From: Eledone cirrhosa
Lineage: Eukaryota
DNA: 64,000 bases
Assembly: GCA_964016885.1 (NCBI GenBank)
Contig: OZ024743.1
Location: 67,518,001-67,582,000 of the forward strand
Direction of reading: 5' to 3'
Of the stretch, positions 26,262 through 39,013 are shown one piece after another. Position 1 is the stretch's first letter. Each line of letters opens with the position of its first letter. A program made the translations under genes and the position numbers. The notes below the pieces were generated by a model that saw nothing but the letters and a program-made list of their open reading frames with translations, did not search any database and was not told the DNA's origin.

Positions 26262-28553
26262 TTAGATTGGTCCGATTTTTAGAGCATTGAGTAGTGGTTG
26301 ACATTTATTAATGAAATGTGTTTCCTTATTGGTACGTTGGATGAAAGTAACGTTGTCTATGAATTTGTAAATGGGGAAAATTTTAAAGTTTGGATGTTGG
26401 TTGAGAGCACAATTGGCGATATGTTCACTAAATGCAATCTTTCTGTATTCCTGTATTTTAATTTGTGATTTATGGAGGGTCATACGTTGACGGAGGCTGT
26501 TTTTTTGTCTGTTCTATGTAGCGCTCTTGACAACCTGAGCAGGTCAAAACATAGATAAGGTTTTCAGATGCACATGTAAAGTTGTCTTTAACTGTGAAAC
26601 GTTGTCCTTGTTTAACACGGAATGTTGAATCTTCTATTAAATGTATGCATATACCACAGTTGGGCCTTCCGCATTTTGTTACTGTAGGGTTCATTGTGAG
26701 GGTTTGTTGGATTTTGGCTTGTGTGAGGATGTTTTTTATGGATTTGGGTTGTCTTTTGCTCTTTATAATGTTGTGTGTTTGGAGGATATTGTTCATTCTT
26801 GGGTCTCTTTTTAGTAAAGGAATGTTCTGGAGGATGGTGTCGAATGCCTTATTGTTGAGGGGATTGTGTGTGCAGATGTATGGTAGAGTTTTTTGTTGCG
26901 GTTTATTCCTGGGTTTGGGGTGTCTGAGTTCCTGGATGTCTAGTTTTAGGGCACGTTGGAATCCATTGGTGATTATGGATGGTGGGTAGTTTCTGCTGAT
27001 AAGTGTGTTTTTTAATTCATCTAGTCTTGTGTAGCATGTGTATTTATCTGAAACTATTGTGCAGATTCTTCTGGCTAGGTTATAAGGAATTGCCATTTTG
27101 GTGTGTCTAGGTGGCACGAGTAGAATGGAAGGTATTGTTTGGAGTCTGTGGGTTTGTAGTATATGTCTGTTTCTATTTTGTTGCTTGTTTTCTTGATGAG
27201 GATGTCGAGGAAAGGGAGTTTTTCATGGCTGCAATCCATTGTGATTGTAAGTTAATGTTGAGTCCATTCAGAAGGGTTTTGAACTCGAACGGTCTATCTA
27301 TACTTTCATGCCAGAGGATGAAGCAGTCGTCCAGATATCTCTTCCAGTTCTTTTCTATGTGTTGGTAGAAGTGGTTGCCGTATTTGTCTAGAACTTTGCG
27401 GTAGAGAATGGTTTCCAAATATCCCATGACAAGGTTGGCGTACGAGGGGGCCATTTTCGTTCCCATGGCAGTCCCAGATTTCTGTCTGTAGTATTTGGCA
27501 TTGAATTCGAAGAAATTGTTTTCCAAGATGAATTTCAGTCCCTCCAACACAAATTCTTTAGGGATGCGCTGTGGAAGTTCACTAGGGAAATTTTCAAGCC
27601 AGAATTGTATTGCCTCTATACCTAGGTTGTGTGGGATATTGGAATATAAATTGATGACATCAAAGGTTACTAGTAGGGTATGTTCGTTATTGAGTGTTGT
27701 TGGGAGGTGGTTGAGCATGTCAAGGTCGTCCCTTATGAAGCTTTTTATTTGTTTTAAGAAAGGTTTAAGCAGAATATCTAGGAAGTTGCTTAGGCGGTGG
27801 GTTTCACATGTGGTGCCAGCTATTATGGGTCTTAATTTAAGGTCATCAGGAGGGGCTATATTGATGTAAACGTTTCTGCTTATTACTTCGCTTTTGTGTG
27901 TCTTGGGGATACCGTAGAAGAGGCTGTTTTTGCTTTTGAAATTGGTGATGTAGTTGTATTCCTTGTCTGTAAGGCCTTCTTTGTAAAGTGTTGTTAGGGA
28001 TTTTAGGTTTCTCATTATTTTCTGTTGTGTGTAGTGTTGGGCTTTTTCATAATATGTTTGGTTTTCTAGAGTTGAGAGTACTAGAGTTGTGTAATAATCT
28101 GTCTCCATAAGGACTACTGCACTCCCTTTATCTGCCTCTTTGATTGTTAGGGTTTTGTCGTTTTTTTAGACTGTTAAGACCATTCCATTCTTTTTTGCTT
28201 AGGTTTGGTTTTTGTTTATGTCTGTGTAGGTGGTGATAGGGATAATTAATAATGTGTCCGCAGAATTGATCGTGGAATGTATTCTTGCCTTTTGGTGGGG
28301 TGTAGTTGCTTCTATTTCTGGCTATTGAGTCATCCGCATTGTATTTCTTGTATAGTTGTTGGCTGAGTCTAAGTTTTCTACAGAATTCTGCAATATCTTC
28401 CTTCATTTCGGGGTAGTTTGATCGTTGGGGTGTTGGTGTAAATTTTAGACCTTTGGAGAGTATGTTCATTTGGTCTGTTGTTAATTCTTTAGAGGTTAAA
28501 TTGACACTTTTTATTGCATTTTGTGTCTCCTGTGTCTGTGTGTTGTGTCTCAA
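26262..28553 (-). pseudogene. Disrupted PLE RT-GIY-YIG ORF
   Basis: ORFs 28128..28553, 27173..28108, 26470..27117 and 26262..26483 in successive frames. Confidence 0.9.
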
Positions 28554-28884
28554 AAATGATTACGGAAGTTGTGATGGCTGTTGAAGTTTTGATGTCTCTT
28601 ATAGTTGTATTGGCTCCTGCTGTTGTTGTAAGATGGTGTGTAGCTGTCGTGGTTGTTGAGTTTAGATTGTATCGTGTGGTTGTATTGAGCACTGCTGATG
28701 TTACGATTTAATTTATGTTATGTTGTGTGCCAATGGGGAGAAAAGGTGATTCCGTTCAGTAAACGATATATAAAGATGTGGGAATCCGATCTTTTATTCA
28801 TAGCGATCGACTGGTGTTACATTAATGCTCTGCGTTCCGGACTCCCACAATATTAAATGTCAAATCATACACACACACAAACAT

Positions 28885-29010
<126 letters not shown>

Positions 29011-29239
29011 TTTTTTCGTTGCTTTGGTTTCATGTCGCCGGATTCACCGGTCGCAGTTTTCAATTTGTCAAGCTATCAAACGTATGTTATTACTCTAAGG
29101 TGACAAAACCTTATGGAGTGCTTTGAAGCGCATTCCTAATTGTATATCGTTAGCTTCGCCACAGCCAAAACTTCGATTTTACAAAACTTCCATTTGTGTA
29201 TATACTGGGAAAATGTGTGAGATCCTTGATACAGTTAGG

Positions 29240-29382
29240 TATGTTTGAAAAAAAGGGAAAAGAATAACTTCACTTGTACTGTTAAATAATTTGATTTAAT
29301 TTTATAATATTATAATATTATATAAATCAAATTATTTAACACTACAAGTGAGGTCATTATTTTACCTTTTTTTTAAAATATA
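29240..29382. repeat. AT-rich inverted repeat (~58-bp arms)
   Basis: cacttgtactgttaaataatttgattta / taaatcaaattatttaacactacaagtg. Confidence 0.85.
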
Positions 29383-29539
29383 TATTTATATATATATATA
29401 TATACTGAAAATATATATATATATATATATAACGAAGGAAATGTGGTAAGGAACCAGGTGGACCATAACGCACCAAAGCACTCAATACAGAATTAGCCGT
29501 CGAAACGGCTTGAGCTCAGCTGTCGGGGTCTTACTGGTT

Positions 29540-29670
<131 letters not shown>

Positions 29671-29671
29671 G

Positions 29672-29705
<34 letters not shown>

Positions 29706-30059
29706 CACACACTGAATCAGTCCTGATATTATGTATATATATATCTATATAAAATGAGGAGTGATTCAGTTTGAAACTGGTTAGACCATTACTCAACAGA
29801 GTACTCAATACTTGGCGTGGTTGAGTATGGTTTTGTTATATTTAGTAGGGACCCGATGACTGAGTTCTTTCAGTTTTAGCAGTTAGTCTAGAACTACTAA
29901 ACGGCAAGGTCCTAACCTTCGGGTACCGACTCTTTACAATATATATATATAGGGCGGAGGAACTCAGCAGAGTAAACGGCCATCCAAATAGCATCTTTAT
30001 TTTTATTTTTGAGGGCTGTCGTATTTTCTGTGGCAAACATTTGCACTGAAGATATGTCG

Positions 30060-30186
30060 ATTCTAAAAAGTGTGGTTGATCCGACACAAGCCTTCACCAC
30101 TTAAAACAAAACTGTGTGTGGATAGTGCAACATCCACACATTTAACTTTTGTTGGACACCCATACGTCGGATATCGAAGGGAGAGT

Positions 30187-30193
<7 letters not shown>
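30060..30193 (+). mobile_element. RTE 3'-terminal fragment
   Basis: cacccatacgtcggatatcgaagggagagtccatcat matches the 3' end at 12407-12443. Confidence 0.6.
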
Positions 30194-30240
<47 letters not shown>

Positions 30241-30245
<5 letters not shown>

Positions 30246-30359
30246 ATAAAAATAAATTTGAAGATTAAAATCCAAAGAGGGCTCGATAAGGATAAATATA
30301 TATCAAATATATAAGAACACTAGAGCAAATATTGTTTGCTTAAACTTTAATCTGTTATT

Positions 30360-30360
<1 letters not shown>
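30241..30360. mobile_element. Fragment of the 39010-41089 PLE terminal repeat with an internal inversion
   Basis: Matches 39010-39100, then tttgcttaaactttaatctgttat is the reverse complement of 39109-39132; another fragment at 62538-62586. Confidence 0.8.
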
Positions 30361-30415
<55 letters not shown>

Positions 30416-30420
30416 ATATT

Positions 30421-30452
<32 letters not shown>

Positions 30453-30670
30453 GTATATATGTAAGCTTAAAAATAGTGAGTTTTCATGTATGGAAATGTT
30501 TCATTGAAGACTTCATCAAATTCTTAAAGAAAAACAAAACTAGAATTTGTTCTATAAGTGTATAAGGGTGATCGTGTAACAAATTAATATATACTAGTGG
30601 TTTGATTTATTACGTACCATATTTTAATTATGTGTTCTTTGCCTATCCCTAGGCGGAATACTTTACAACA

Positions 30671-30731
<61 letters not shown>

Positions 30732-30864
30732 TATATAATATATATATTATTTATATGAATATAAATGTATATATTTATATTGAAATATATAATATATATT
30801 ATGTATGTATTTTTCGCTACCTGTATCTCCAACTCGCCATCTCTCTCTCGCTCTCTCTCTCTCA

Positions 30865-31002
<138 letters not shown>

Positions 31003-31041
31003 CTATATACATATATATATATATATATTGTATATATTATA

Positions 31042-31073
<32 letters not shown>

Positions 31074-31080
31074 TATATAT

Positions 31081-31143
<63 letters not shown>

Positions 31144-31379
31144 CATATACCGAGATCATCACATAGATCTCATAGATCTCCCAACTCCCCGTGCTGTAGC
31201 TAGCAGACTATGTTATTGCCAAGTTCTATTAACAAGGTTACTCCCATCATTGTTCAGAGAATACCCGAGTGTCTTCTAAAACCTACTGCCGGGTCTTTAT
31301 TTACTATAATTGTAGCTTGTCAAGTCTAAAGTGATTTTACACTTCCTTTAAAGGAAAACAAGAGCAAGATAACCAACTC

Positions 31380-32010
31380 CACACACATGCATAGACAGAC
31401 ACATTCTTACACACAGGCACTCTCACACACTCATATGCACACACATACACAAACACGCTCAATCATCCACACACACGCATACACATACAGACTCTTACAA
31501 AGAAACAGTCTCACACACTCACTTGCACACCCATACACAAACACGCTCAATCATCCACATACACACTCTTACATAGAAACAGTCTCACACACATACACAA
31601 ACACACTCAATCATTCACACACACGCATACACATACACACTCACATACACACATATACACACATACACAAATACACTCAAACTTCTACACACACTCACAC
31701 ACATTCATAATAACACATATACAAATACACACACTCATACACAATAACTCATATACAAACACACACACATAACACATTCAAACACACAGATAAACACACA
31801 CACACACCCATACACATACACAGTAACAAGCACACACTCACACATATAGAAACCATAGTTTCACACACTCACCCTCACTCACACATTCATACACAGCCTG
31901 ATTCACACTCACATTTACACACACATGCTCACACAAACAGACTCACCCACACTAATTCCTCTGCACATCCCCCTCGATACTTACACTCACCTCTACACAC
32001 TCACCCGTGT
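31380..32010. repeat. Degenerate CA-rich low-complexity tract
   Basis: acac/actc/atac repeats. Confidence 0.85.
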
Positions 32011-32186
32011 GTGCTTTCCCATAATTCCATACATCACTGCTCAAACCACTTCCTTTTTACTCTTTATTTATTAACCGACCTTCTCTCTCCGTGATCTTTC
32101 TAAGTATGATCTCATTTTTATTCCCATCCACACACGTACGCACACACTCACACACATACATACACTCAAACACACACACACACACA

Positions 32187-32322
<136 letters not shown>

Positions 32323-32820
32323 AGTATATATATATATATATCAATATATCACACAAACACGCATATATATATAATAGCGTACAGCACATAAACATGTGTA
32401 TATATTTATGCTATATATGTATGTATATATATATATATATGTGTGTGTGTATATGTGTGTCTGTGTGTGTGTACCCCCCCCCCCCACACACACATATACA
32501 TATATATATATATATACAAACATTTGCAGCAATTCGTAGTCAGTCTGGCAACAAATTAATAGTGCTGACTCTACCTCTATTAAAAGCCACATATCCTCAC
32601 GAGATATTCCACAATCTTGTACGTTGTTTTTAAAAGCTTTCACAACCACACAAATAATATTTATTTTTTTTGTTATTTTCTTCCTCTTCACTTTCCAACT
32701 ATCTTAAGTACTTCTCATAGATTTGTGAATTTCATGTTAATACATCGTTCCTCTTTGGTTTTAACAGAGGAAAACTTTTTTTATGTTATGGTTACACTAA
32801 TTCGTTGACGAGACTGCCAG

Positions 32821-33118
32821 AGAGATATTAAACGAATCAACAAATTAGCTTCTAGGAGGCCTAATATATGAGGTCCACGACATTTGACTGGCGGTAGCAT
32901 TAGGGCCAACTAGGCCTCCGCCTAGGGCGCACGCCTCAGTCAGATGCATTGCTACACATTAGATGAACGAGATTACCTGAGAGATATTAAACGAATGAAC
33001 AAATGAGCTTCTAGGAGGCCTAATATGAGGTCCACGACTCTTGGTTGGCGGTAGCATTAGGGACAACTTGGGAACCGCCTAGGGCGTACACCACAATGAG
33101 ATGCATTGCTGAACATTA
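32821..33118. repeat. Tandem duplication, ~158-bp unit
   Basis: gagatattaaacgaat.aacaaat.agcttctaggaggcctaata..gaggtccacgac...gcctagggcg...agatgcattgct occurs twice. Confidence 0.9.
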
Positions 33119-33174
33119 ACTGTCACAGTTTCATAAAATTTATGTCTTTTTCTTCACCCACTTTTTTTCTAAGA

Positions 33175-33492
33175 GGGTGGTGGGCGTTCAGGCCACAAAC
33201 ACTTTTTCCGACGGGCCATGAAGCAACCGTCTCCAACGGATCCGACTCTATCACCATGCGAAACCAGCTAAGCTCATGGATGTTATCCAACCATCATGCT
33301 CTGGGTCTACACCGGGGTCTCCTGCCGTTTGGGTTTACCTGTAAAATCAGTCCAGCGAATATTTCCTGAGACATTCTAACCACATACCTATATTATCGGA
33401 GCAATGATCTCTCAATTCGAAGATGTAGCAGCTCTACCTGAAGTGACGCTCTGATCTCCGAGCTACGTACTCTATCGAGTGATGTTACTCCA
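33175..33492 (-). mobile_element. RTE LINE 3' fragment
   Basis: Reverse translation DRVRSSEIRASLQVELLHLRIERSLLR*YRYVVRM..GRRPRCRPRA*WLDNI. Confidence 0.8.
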
Positions 33493-33769
33493 AAGACACA
33501 TTTATATCAAGAAATTAAATATATATTAATTTCCTGTAATGAATAAATACCTTTCTAAGCATCCTTTGTCATGTAAAAGCGTTGTAGAAGTTTCTAGCTT
33601 GACATCAGCTGAGTGAACTCTATTGACGTGAAATAAATCGTCAGCTCGAAAACATAACATGCTGCACGACCGGGGAATCTAACTCACGACGTGTTGATCG
33701 CGGCACGAGTAGTCAATGCTCTTTCGCAATCTATGAACAGTAATATTATATAATTACACAGCTTATACG

Positions 33770-33925
33770 GCTCTTTGCGTTCTTTCAAATCCCGCTGAGG
33801 TTAGCTTTGCCTTTCATCGATGCGGAGTCGATAAAAGTACCAGTAAAGCACTGGGGTCGATTTAATCGACTTTCCCCACCCCCTAAATTTATTGGCCATC
33901 TGCCTAAACGAGAAACCAGTATATA
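33770..33925 (+). mobile_element. Family B SINE (long form, partial)
   Basis: tcaaatcccgctgaggttagctttgcctttcatc..gtcgataaaagtaccag..ggggtcgatttaatcgac. Confidence 0.8.
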
Positions 33926-34117
33926 ATTGCACAGCTTCGTCCTGGCTCTCATCCACAGTTGGAGTTTCCGGTTTTCAAACATGAGAATCTATTTACGTTT
34001 GGTGAAATGTTACAATTCGAATTATTTCTGAAAAATATTATTTGATATCGAAATTTATTTTTGATTTAAAGTTGACTGCAAATTTAGCCGGCATTTATCT
34101 GCCGAGTCACTCAGCTG

Positions 34118-34488
34118 GAGAGTCTACTTCTCCGAATTGTGAAATCACAGCTCCGATACTATAGGCACATGGTTAGAATGTTTCAGGAAAAATAGCGGGA
34201 CAGATTTTACGGGCGAAACCACCCGGCAGGAGACCCAGAGGTAGACACCGAGCAAGATGTTTGGATAACATCCATGAGCTTGGAGGTCTCGGTTGAGGAT
34301 CCAGCCAGACAAGTTGGAGATAGTTCCTTCTGACAGGAAATGCTGGAAGGAGTGTTTGAGGACCCTCTCATGAATATGTGGGCAAAGAAGAAGAAGAAGA
34401 AGAAGAAGAAGAAGAAGAAGAAGAAGAAGAAGAAGAAGAAGAAGAAGAAGAACCCTCTCATGAATATGAAGACGACGACAACGACGAC

Positions 34489-34521
<33 letters not shown>
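34118..34521 (+). mobile_element. RTE LINE 3' fragment with (GAA)n and (GAC/GAT)n tails
   Basis: Same family as 33175-33492 (ggcaggagacccagaggtagac..ttggataacatccatgagctt). Confidence 0.8.
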
Positions 34522-34523
<2 letters not shown>

Positions 34524-34679
34524 GCACAGGCTCGGTGCGTTGTGATTTGAAATCACGACAAGCACGATTTTACTTTTTAGTCTCCCGAATTAAGTACTTG
34601 GGTATATATAATCGAGCAGCACCCCATCCAAATTGTTGATCATATGCCCAAATCAGGAGTCATTATTCTTTTCAAATGC

Positions 34680-34868
34680 GGCGGACTGGCAGTATCGGTA
34701 GAGCGTCGACGCCATGCTTTTACACATAGAGTGATGGCCCTTTACGCTCTGAGTTCAAATGCCGCCGAGGTTAACTTTGCTTTTTATCCTTACGGGGTCG
34801 ATAAAATAAAGTACTAGGAATGCACTGGGATAATTGCTGGCCTTCTGCCAACATTAGAAACAATTATT
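34680..34868 (+). mobile_element. Family B SINE (short form)
   Basis: ggcggactggcagtatcggtagagcgtc..ctgagttcaaatgccgccgagg..ggggtcgataaaataaagtac. Confidence 0.85.
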
Positions 34869-34869
34869 C

Positions 34870-35285
34870 TTGTTATATTTGTTATCGAATATGTTATTAT
34901 TGATACTGTTGTAGCTGTTGTAGCTATTGTTGTTACTATTGTTGATGTTGAGGTTGTTATTATTGCTGTTGTGTCTGTTGTTGTTGTTGCTGTTTGTGTA
35001 GATGCCATTGCTGTTTTTATTTCTATTCTTTTAGTAGATGTTTGTTTCGTATTTCTTATCGCTGTTGTTGTTAATGCTGTTGTTTGTATAGAGTTGTAGT
35101 TAGTGTTGTAGTTGCTGTTGTTGGTATTACTGCAGTTGTTCTTAATGTTGATGATATTGTTGTTGTTTTTGTTAATGTTGTTGTAGTTGTTATTGTTGAT
35201 ATTATTGCAGATGCTCTTACTGTTGTTTTTACTATTGTTATTCTAATTGTCATTGTTATTGATGTTATTGCCGTTGTTACTACCG
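34870..35285. repeat. Degenerate (TTG/TTA)n trinucleotide tract
   Basis: gttgttgtt/attgtt repeats. Confidence 0.85.
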
Positions 35286-35364
35286 TATTTCCCGGCGACA
35301 AAGTCGCTTCGTCCTCGATGACGCACTCAAATTTTCACAACCAAAAATTTGAAAAAAAAAAAAA

Positions 35365-35646
35365 ATTGTTTCTACTTTTGGCACAAGGCCAGCAATTAAT
35401 CCAGTGTATTACTGGTACTTTATTTTATCGACCCTGTAAGGATGAAAGGCAAAGTTAACCTCGGCAGGATTTGAACTCAGACCATAAAGGGCCGTAACTA
35501 AAAAAAATAATGATTTCTACTATAGGCTCAAGGACAATAATGTTGGGGGAAAGGAAAGCCGATTAAATCGACCCCAGTGCGTGACAGGTACTTTATTCTA
35601 TCGACCCCGTGAGGATGAAAGGCAAAGTTAACCTCGGCGGGATTTG
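35365..35646 (-). mobile_element. Two tandem partial family B SINEs (short + long form)
   Basis: Two ggatgaaaggcaaagttaacctcggc blocks. Confidence 0.85.
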
Positions 35647-35848
35647 AAAAAAAAATAATAAACAACCTTCGGCCTCCAGGACTTATTTTAGGGAAAAGGT
35701 GGCGTCTTCGACGCCGGGAAATATTGTATTTTTGTAGTTGTTGTTGTTTTCATAATTGTTATTTTTGTTGTTGTTGCTGATGTTATAGTTATCATTGTAG
35801 ATATTTAGATATATGTCAATGCCACTGCTGTTGCGGTTGGTGCTGTTG

Positions 35849-35880
<32 letters not shown>

Positions 35881-36199
35881 GGCGGTGCCGCTTCCAAGCA
35901 CATACCTATAAAACAATGTTGGAATTCGTTTACATTTTCTTGCCAAAATTAAGCTTTGTGCGCTCTGAAATTTCTCTCTTCCGAATTTTTGTCTTCTGTA
36001 GTTCCTTAGATTCTTTTGAATTCTTCAATTCGAAATAATTAGAATGATTGCAGCCAGGAGCAATGTTCGGCTGAAAAGTATTGGGAAAATACACGAAAGA
36101 CAATATTTTCGTGTTTAAATTGAATAGAATTGGACTTAATTATTTTATCTTTATATTTTATTCCCAATACGAGCACCAAAGAAAGACAATGGTATAAAT

Positions 36200-36520
36200 C
36201 AACCGTCACTTTCTAAGTCAGATGAGACCATGTTTCGGAAATAAGATGTGACATCACAAGATCTCAGCTCCGATACTACGGACATGTGGTTATAATATGT
36301 ACAGAAAAAATGGCAAGTCAGCTTATACCGGAAAAATCAACCGGTAGGAAACCCACGAATAGAACACGAGCAAAATGTTTGGATAAGGTTCATAACCTCG
36401 GATGATATATCTTGGGGACCCAGTACGATAACTTGGGAAAGATTGCTTGCGATAGAACCCACTGCAATGGGTGTCTGATGAATCTGCTCCCAAGACCCCC
36501 TCAGAAATACGTTATAGAAG
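36200..36520 (+). mobile_element. Older RTE 3' fragment
   Basis: cagctccgatactacggacatgtggtt..ggtaggaaaccc..tgtttggataa is collinear with 34150-34270. Confidence 0.65.
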
Positions 36521-36639
36521 ATGTGAAAGGTGTGATATTGTTAATTTGGAGGTAGAGGAAGGAGCCATTATATTAGCGATGATATAGGACACTGTTTCTT
36601 TGTGAAGATATTGGTAGTTTGTGTGTTTTGTGTATGTTG

Positions 36640-36940
36640 GATATGCGTCGGTGGCGACGACGAGTGTTCCAGGTGTTCGATCAACGAAACAACTTGCTCG
36701 TGGACCTAACGTTTTAGTTGTTGAGCATTTAACAGGCATATATATCCTTAACACAATTCTCAGGGAGATTCAGCCTGACACATTATATGTCAAATCTAAC
36801 CCTTTGTATTACAGGTAAAATGTATTTTTGTCAGTTGTGTGGACTGGACAAGTTGAAATAGCGGGTGGTATTCAAGGACCAATCCTATGATCTCACGATC
36901 GTGAGACAAACACCGTAAATTATATGTCACGTGCCTTTAC
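36640..36940 (-). mobile_element. Diverged family A SINE
   Basis: gatcaacgaaacaacttgctcgtg..ttctcagggagattcag is the reverse complement of the body seen at 54510-54640. Confidence 0.6.
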
Positions 36941-37052
36941 TGTAGTAGCTGTAGTGTATTGTTTAATGAACGGACATTTTGTATGCTGTTTGCGATGTTT
37001 CCATTGATAATAGTTGTTCTTGCCCAGACATGTTATAGAACAGTGTGGGTTG

Positions 37053-37274
37053 TACGAGGGTGTGTTGAAAAGTTCCTGGCTTTGGGTAAAAGAAAATAGA
37101 GGAGGATCAGTTAATTATAATTTTATTGAACATATTCCCTTCTCAGATTCACGCACATATTGCAACTGTCCTTCAGTTTTTTTAAGCCCTGTAAAAAGAA
37201 TTCGGAAGACTGGGACTCCAATCAGGCTACTTAAATTACTTTAAAGCCAGGAATATCTCATCACCCTCCGTGTA
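37053..37274. mobile_element. Tc1/mariner-type MITE
   Basis: TA-cgagggtgtgttgaaaagttcctggcttt ... aaagccaggaatatctcatcaccctccg-tgTA; imperfect ~30-bp TIRs, TA flanks. Confidence 0.75.
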
Positions 37275-38170
37275 CATATATCTCGTATAAGGATACTAGT
37301 ATATGCAGCATTGGTGAATGGTGAAAGAATACATTTTGAAATTATTAGATTATTAGATCAGGAATGCGATCCTACTAAGTGATACCTAAGTCAATTGTTA
37401 TTTATCATAGCTTCGGCTTAACTCATGCCTTGCCAGTAATATTAGGTAGATGGACGTTGTTTGGAGGATGATCAGTCAGACATCTATTTGATGAGCAGGC
37501 TGTTCCATTGACCAAACAAACTGAAACAATGGTTGTAGGAAACAACGCAAGTCCCACAGAAATTGCTACATACGGATCTGTACGTAGTAAAACAACCTGC
37601 TGGAAAGAGCAGCCAAATATTTCTCAATACTTAAAAGAAAAGTGAAAACGCAAATAACATAATATAGTGAGAGGAACACTACAACAGGGAAAGTTACGAG
37701 ATGGCCACCGGTGGAATGCCTTCGATTCTATGCCTGATTAAAATCGAACATGGGGCTAGACAACAACTAAACTATCATGGTTGTATTGGATCATGTTTAG
37801 AAAGCAGAAGATATCGTTGAATCAACATATATTATATTAAACTGCTAGTAATAGATTACATGAGGTCATCAACGTCTTCTACACAGTGGAAGTGATGGTA
37901 ACTGTGTGGATGCGATAGAGTGAAAAAATAGCAGTTGTGATGGCGGTGATAGGAGAGGGGGAGCAGTAGAAGCAGACACCGAAGATCTTTAATATCACAT
38001 GTTTATGGAAAGGATACAATAGGAATGTGTGTGTGTGTGTATGAGTGTTATAGGATGAGAGGATGAGACAGAGATAGTGAAGGGTGGGGAGTAAACCAGG
38101 AGTCGAATTACTCTTAAAATCAATTGTTACGTTGTGGAAAGGGGAGGGTAAGAAGATGGCTGTTTGTTTG

Positions 38171-38256
<86 letters not shown>

Positions 38257-38433
38257 AGTGAGAGAGAGGTTGCGGCTGCAGCCATTTGGAAGTCGGAATT
38301 ATTTTTAAAATTATGATTTACGGAAAATATGTATACTTAATGTATATATCCGTTAAATATTCCATTTTAGGAGTTTCAATAATTTCATAAATACATTCAT
38401 TTCTATATAATTAAGAACTAAATATATTACTTT

Positions 38434-38509
<76 letters not shown>

Positions 38510-38621
38510 TATATATATATTAATGTTAGTTAATTCCGAAGGAAGAGCAAGGGAAAGAAGAGTGCTCTATGTATAGGTCAGAACTATTTAATTAGAAAGT
38601 GAACAACACAAAATATAACTA

Positions 38622-38689
38622 CTCCATTACCAAAGGTTTCTGGATCCCAGACAATAATAATATACGTCTGGATCGGTCGTCAGACAGAA
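38622..38689 (-). ncRNA. Type I hammerhead ribozyme (family H3)
   Basis: Reverse strand ttctgt-CTGACGA-ccgatccagac..gtctgggatcca-GAAA-cctttgg-TA-atggag. Confidence 0.7.
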
Positions 38690-38717
38690 ATGTTATGGAT
38701 AACATCTCTGTCCGACA

Positions 38718-38806
<89 letters not shown>

Positions 38807-38858
38807 CACATGTATATATATATACAAGTGTATATATATATATATATATATACACATG

Positions 38859-38916
<58 letters not shown>

Positions 38917-38932
38917 AATATATATATATATA

Positions 38933-39009
<77 letters not shown>

Positions 39010-39013
<4 letters not shown>

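Larger units (their letters stand above)
25600..28730 (-). mobile_element. Penelope-like element, probably Neptune clade, frameshifted
   Basis: LSKGLKFTPTP; RT FYGIPKTHK, LRPII, FDVINLYSNI, SGTAMGTKMAPSYANL, RYLDD; Zn-finger-like linker KCGRPNCGICIH; GIY-YIG NLIYVLTCSGCQERYIEQT. Confidence 0.9.
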
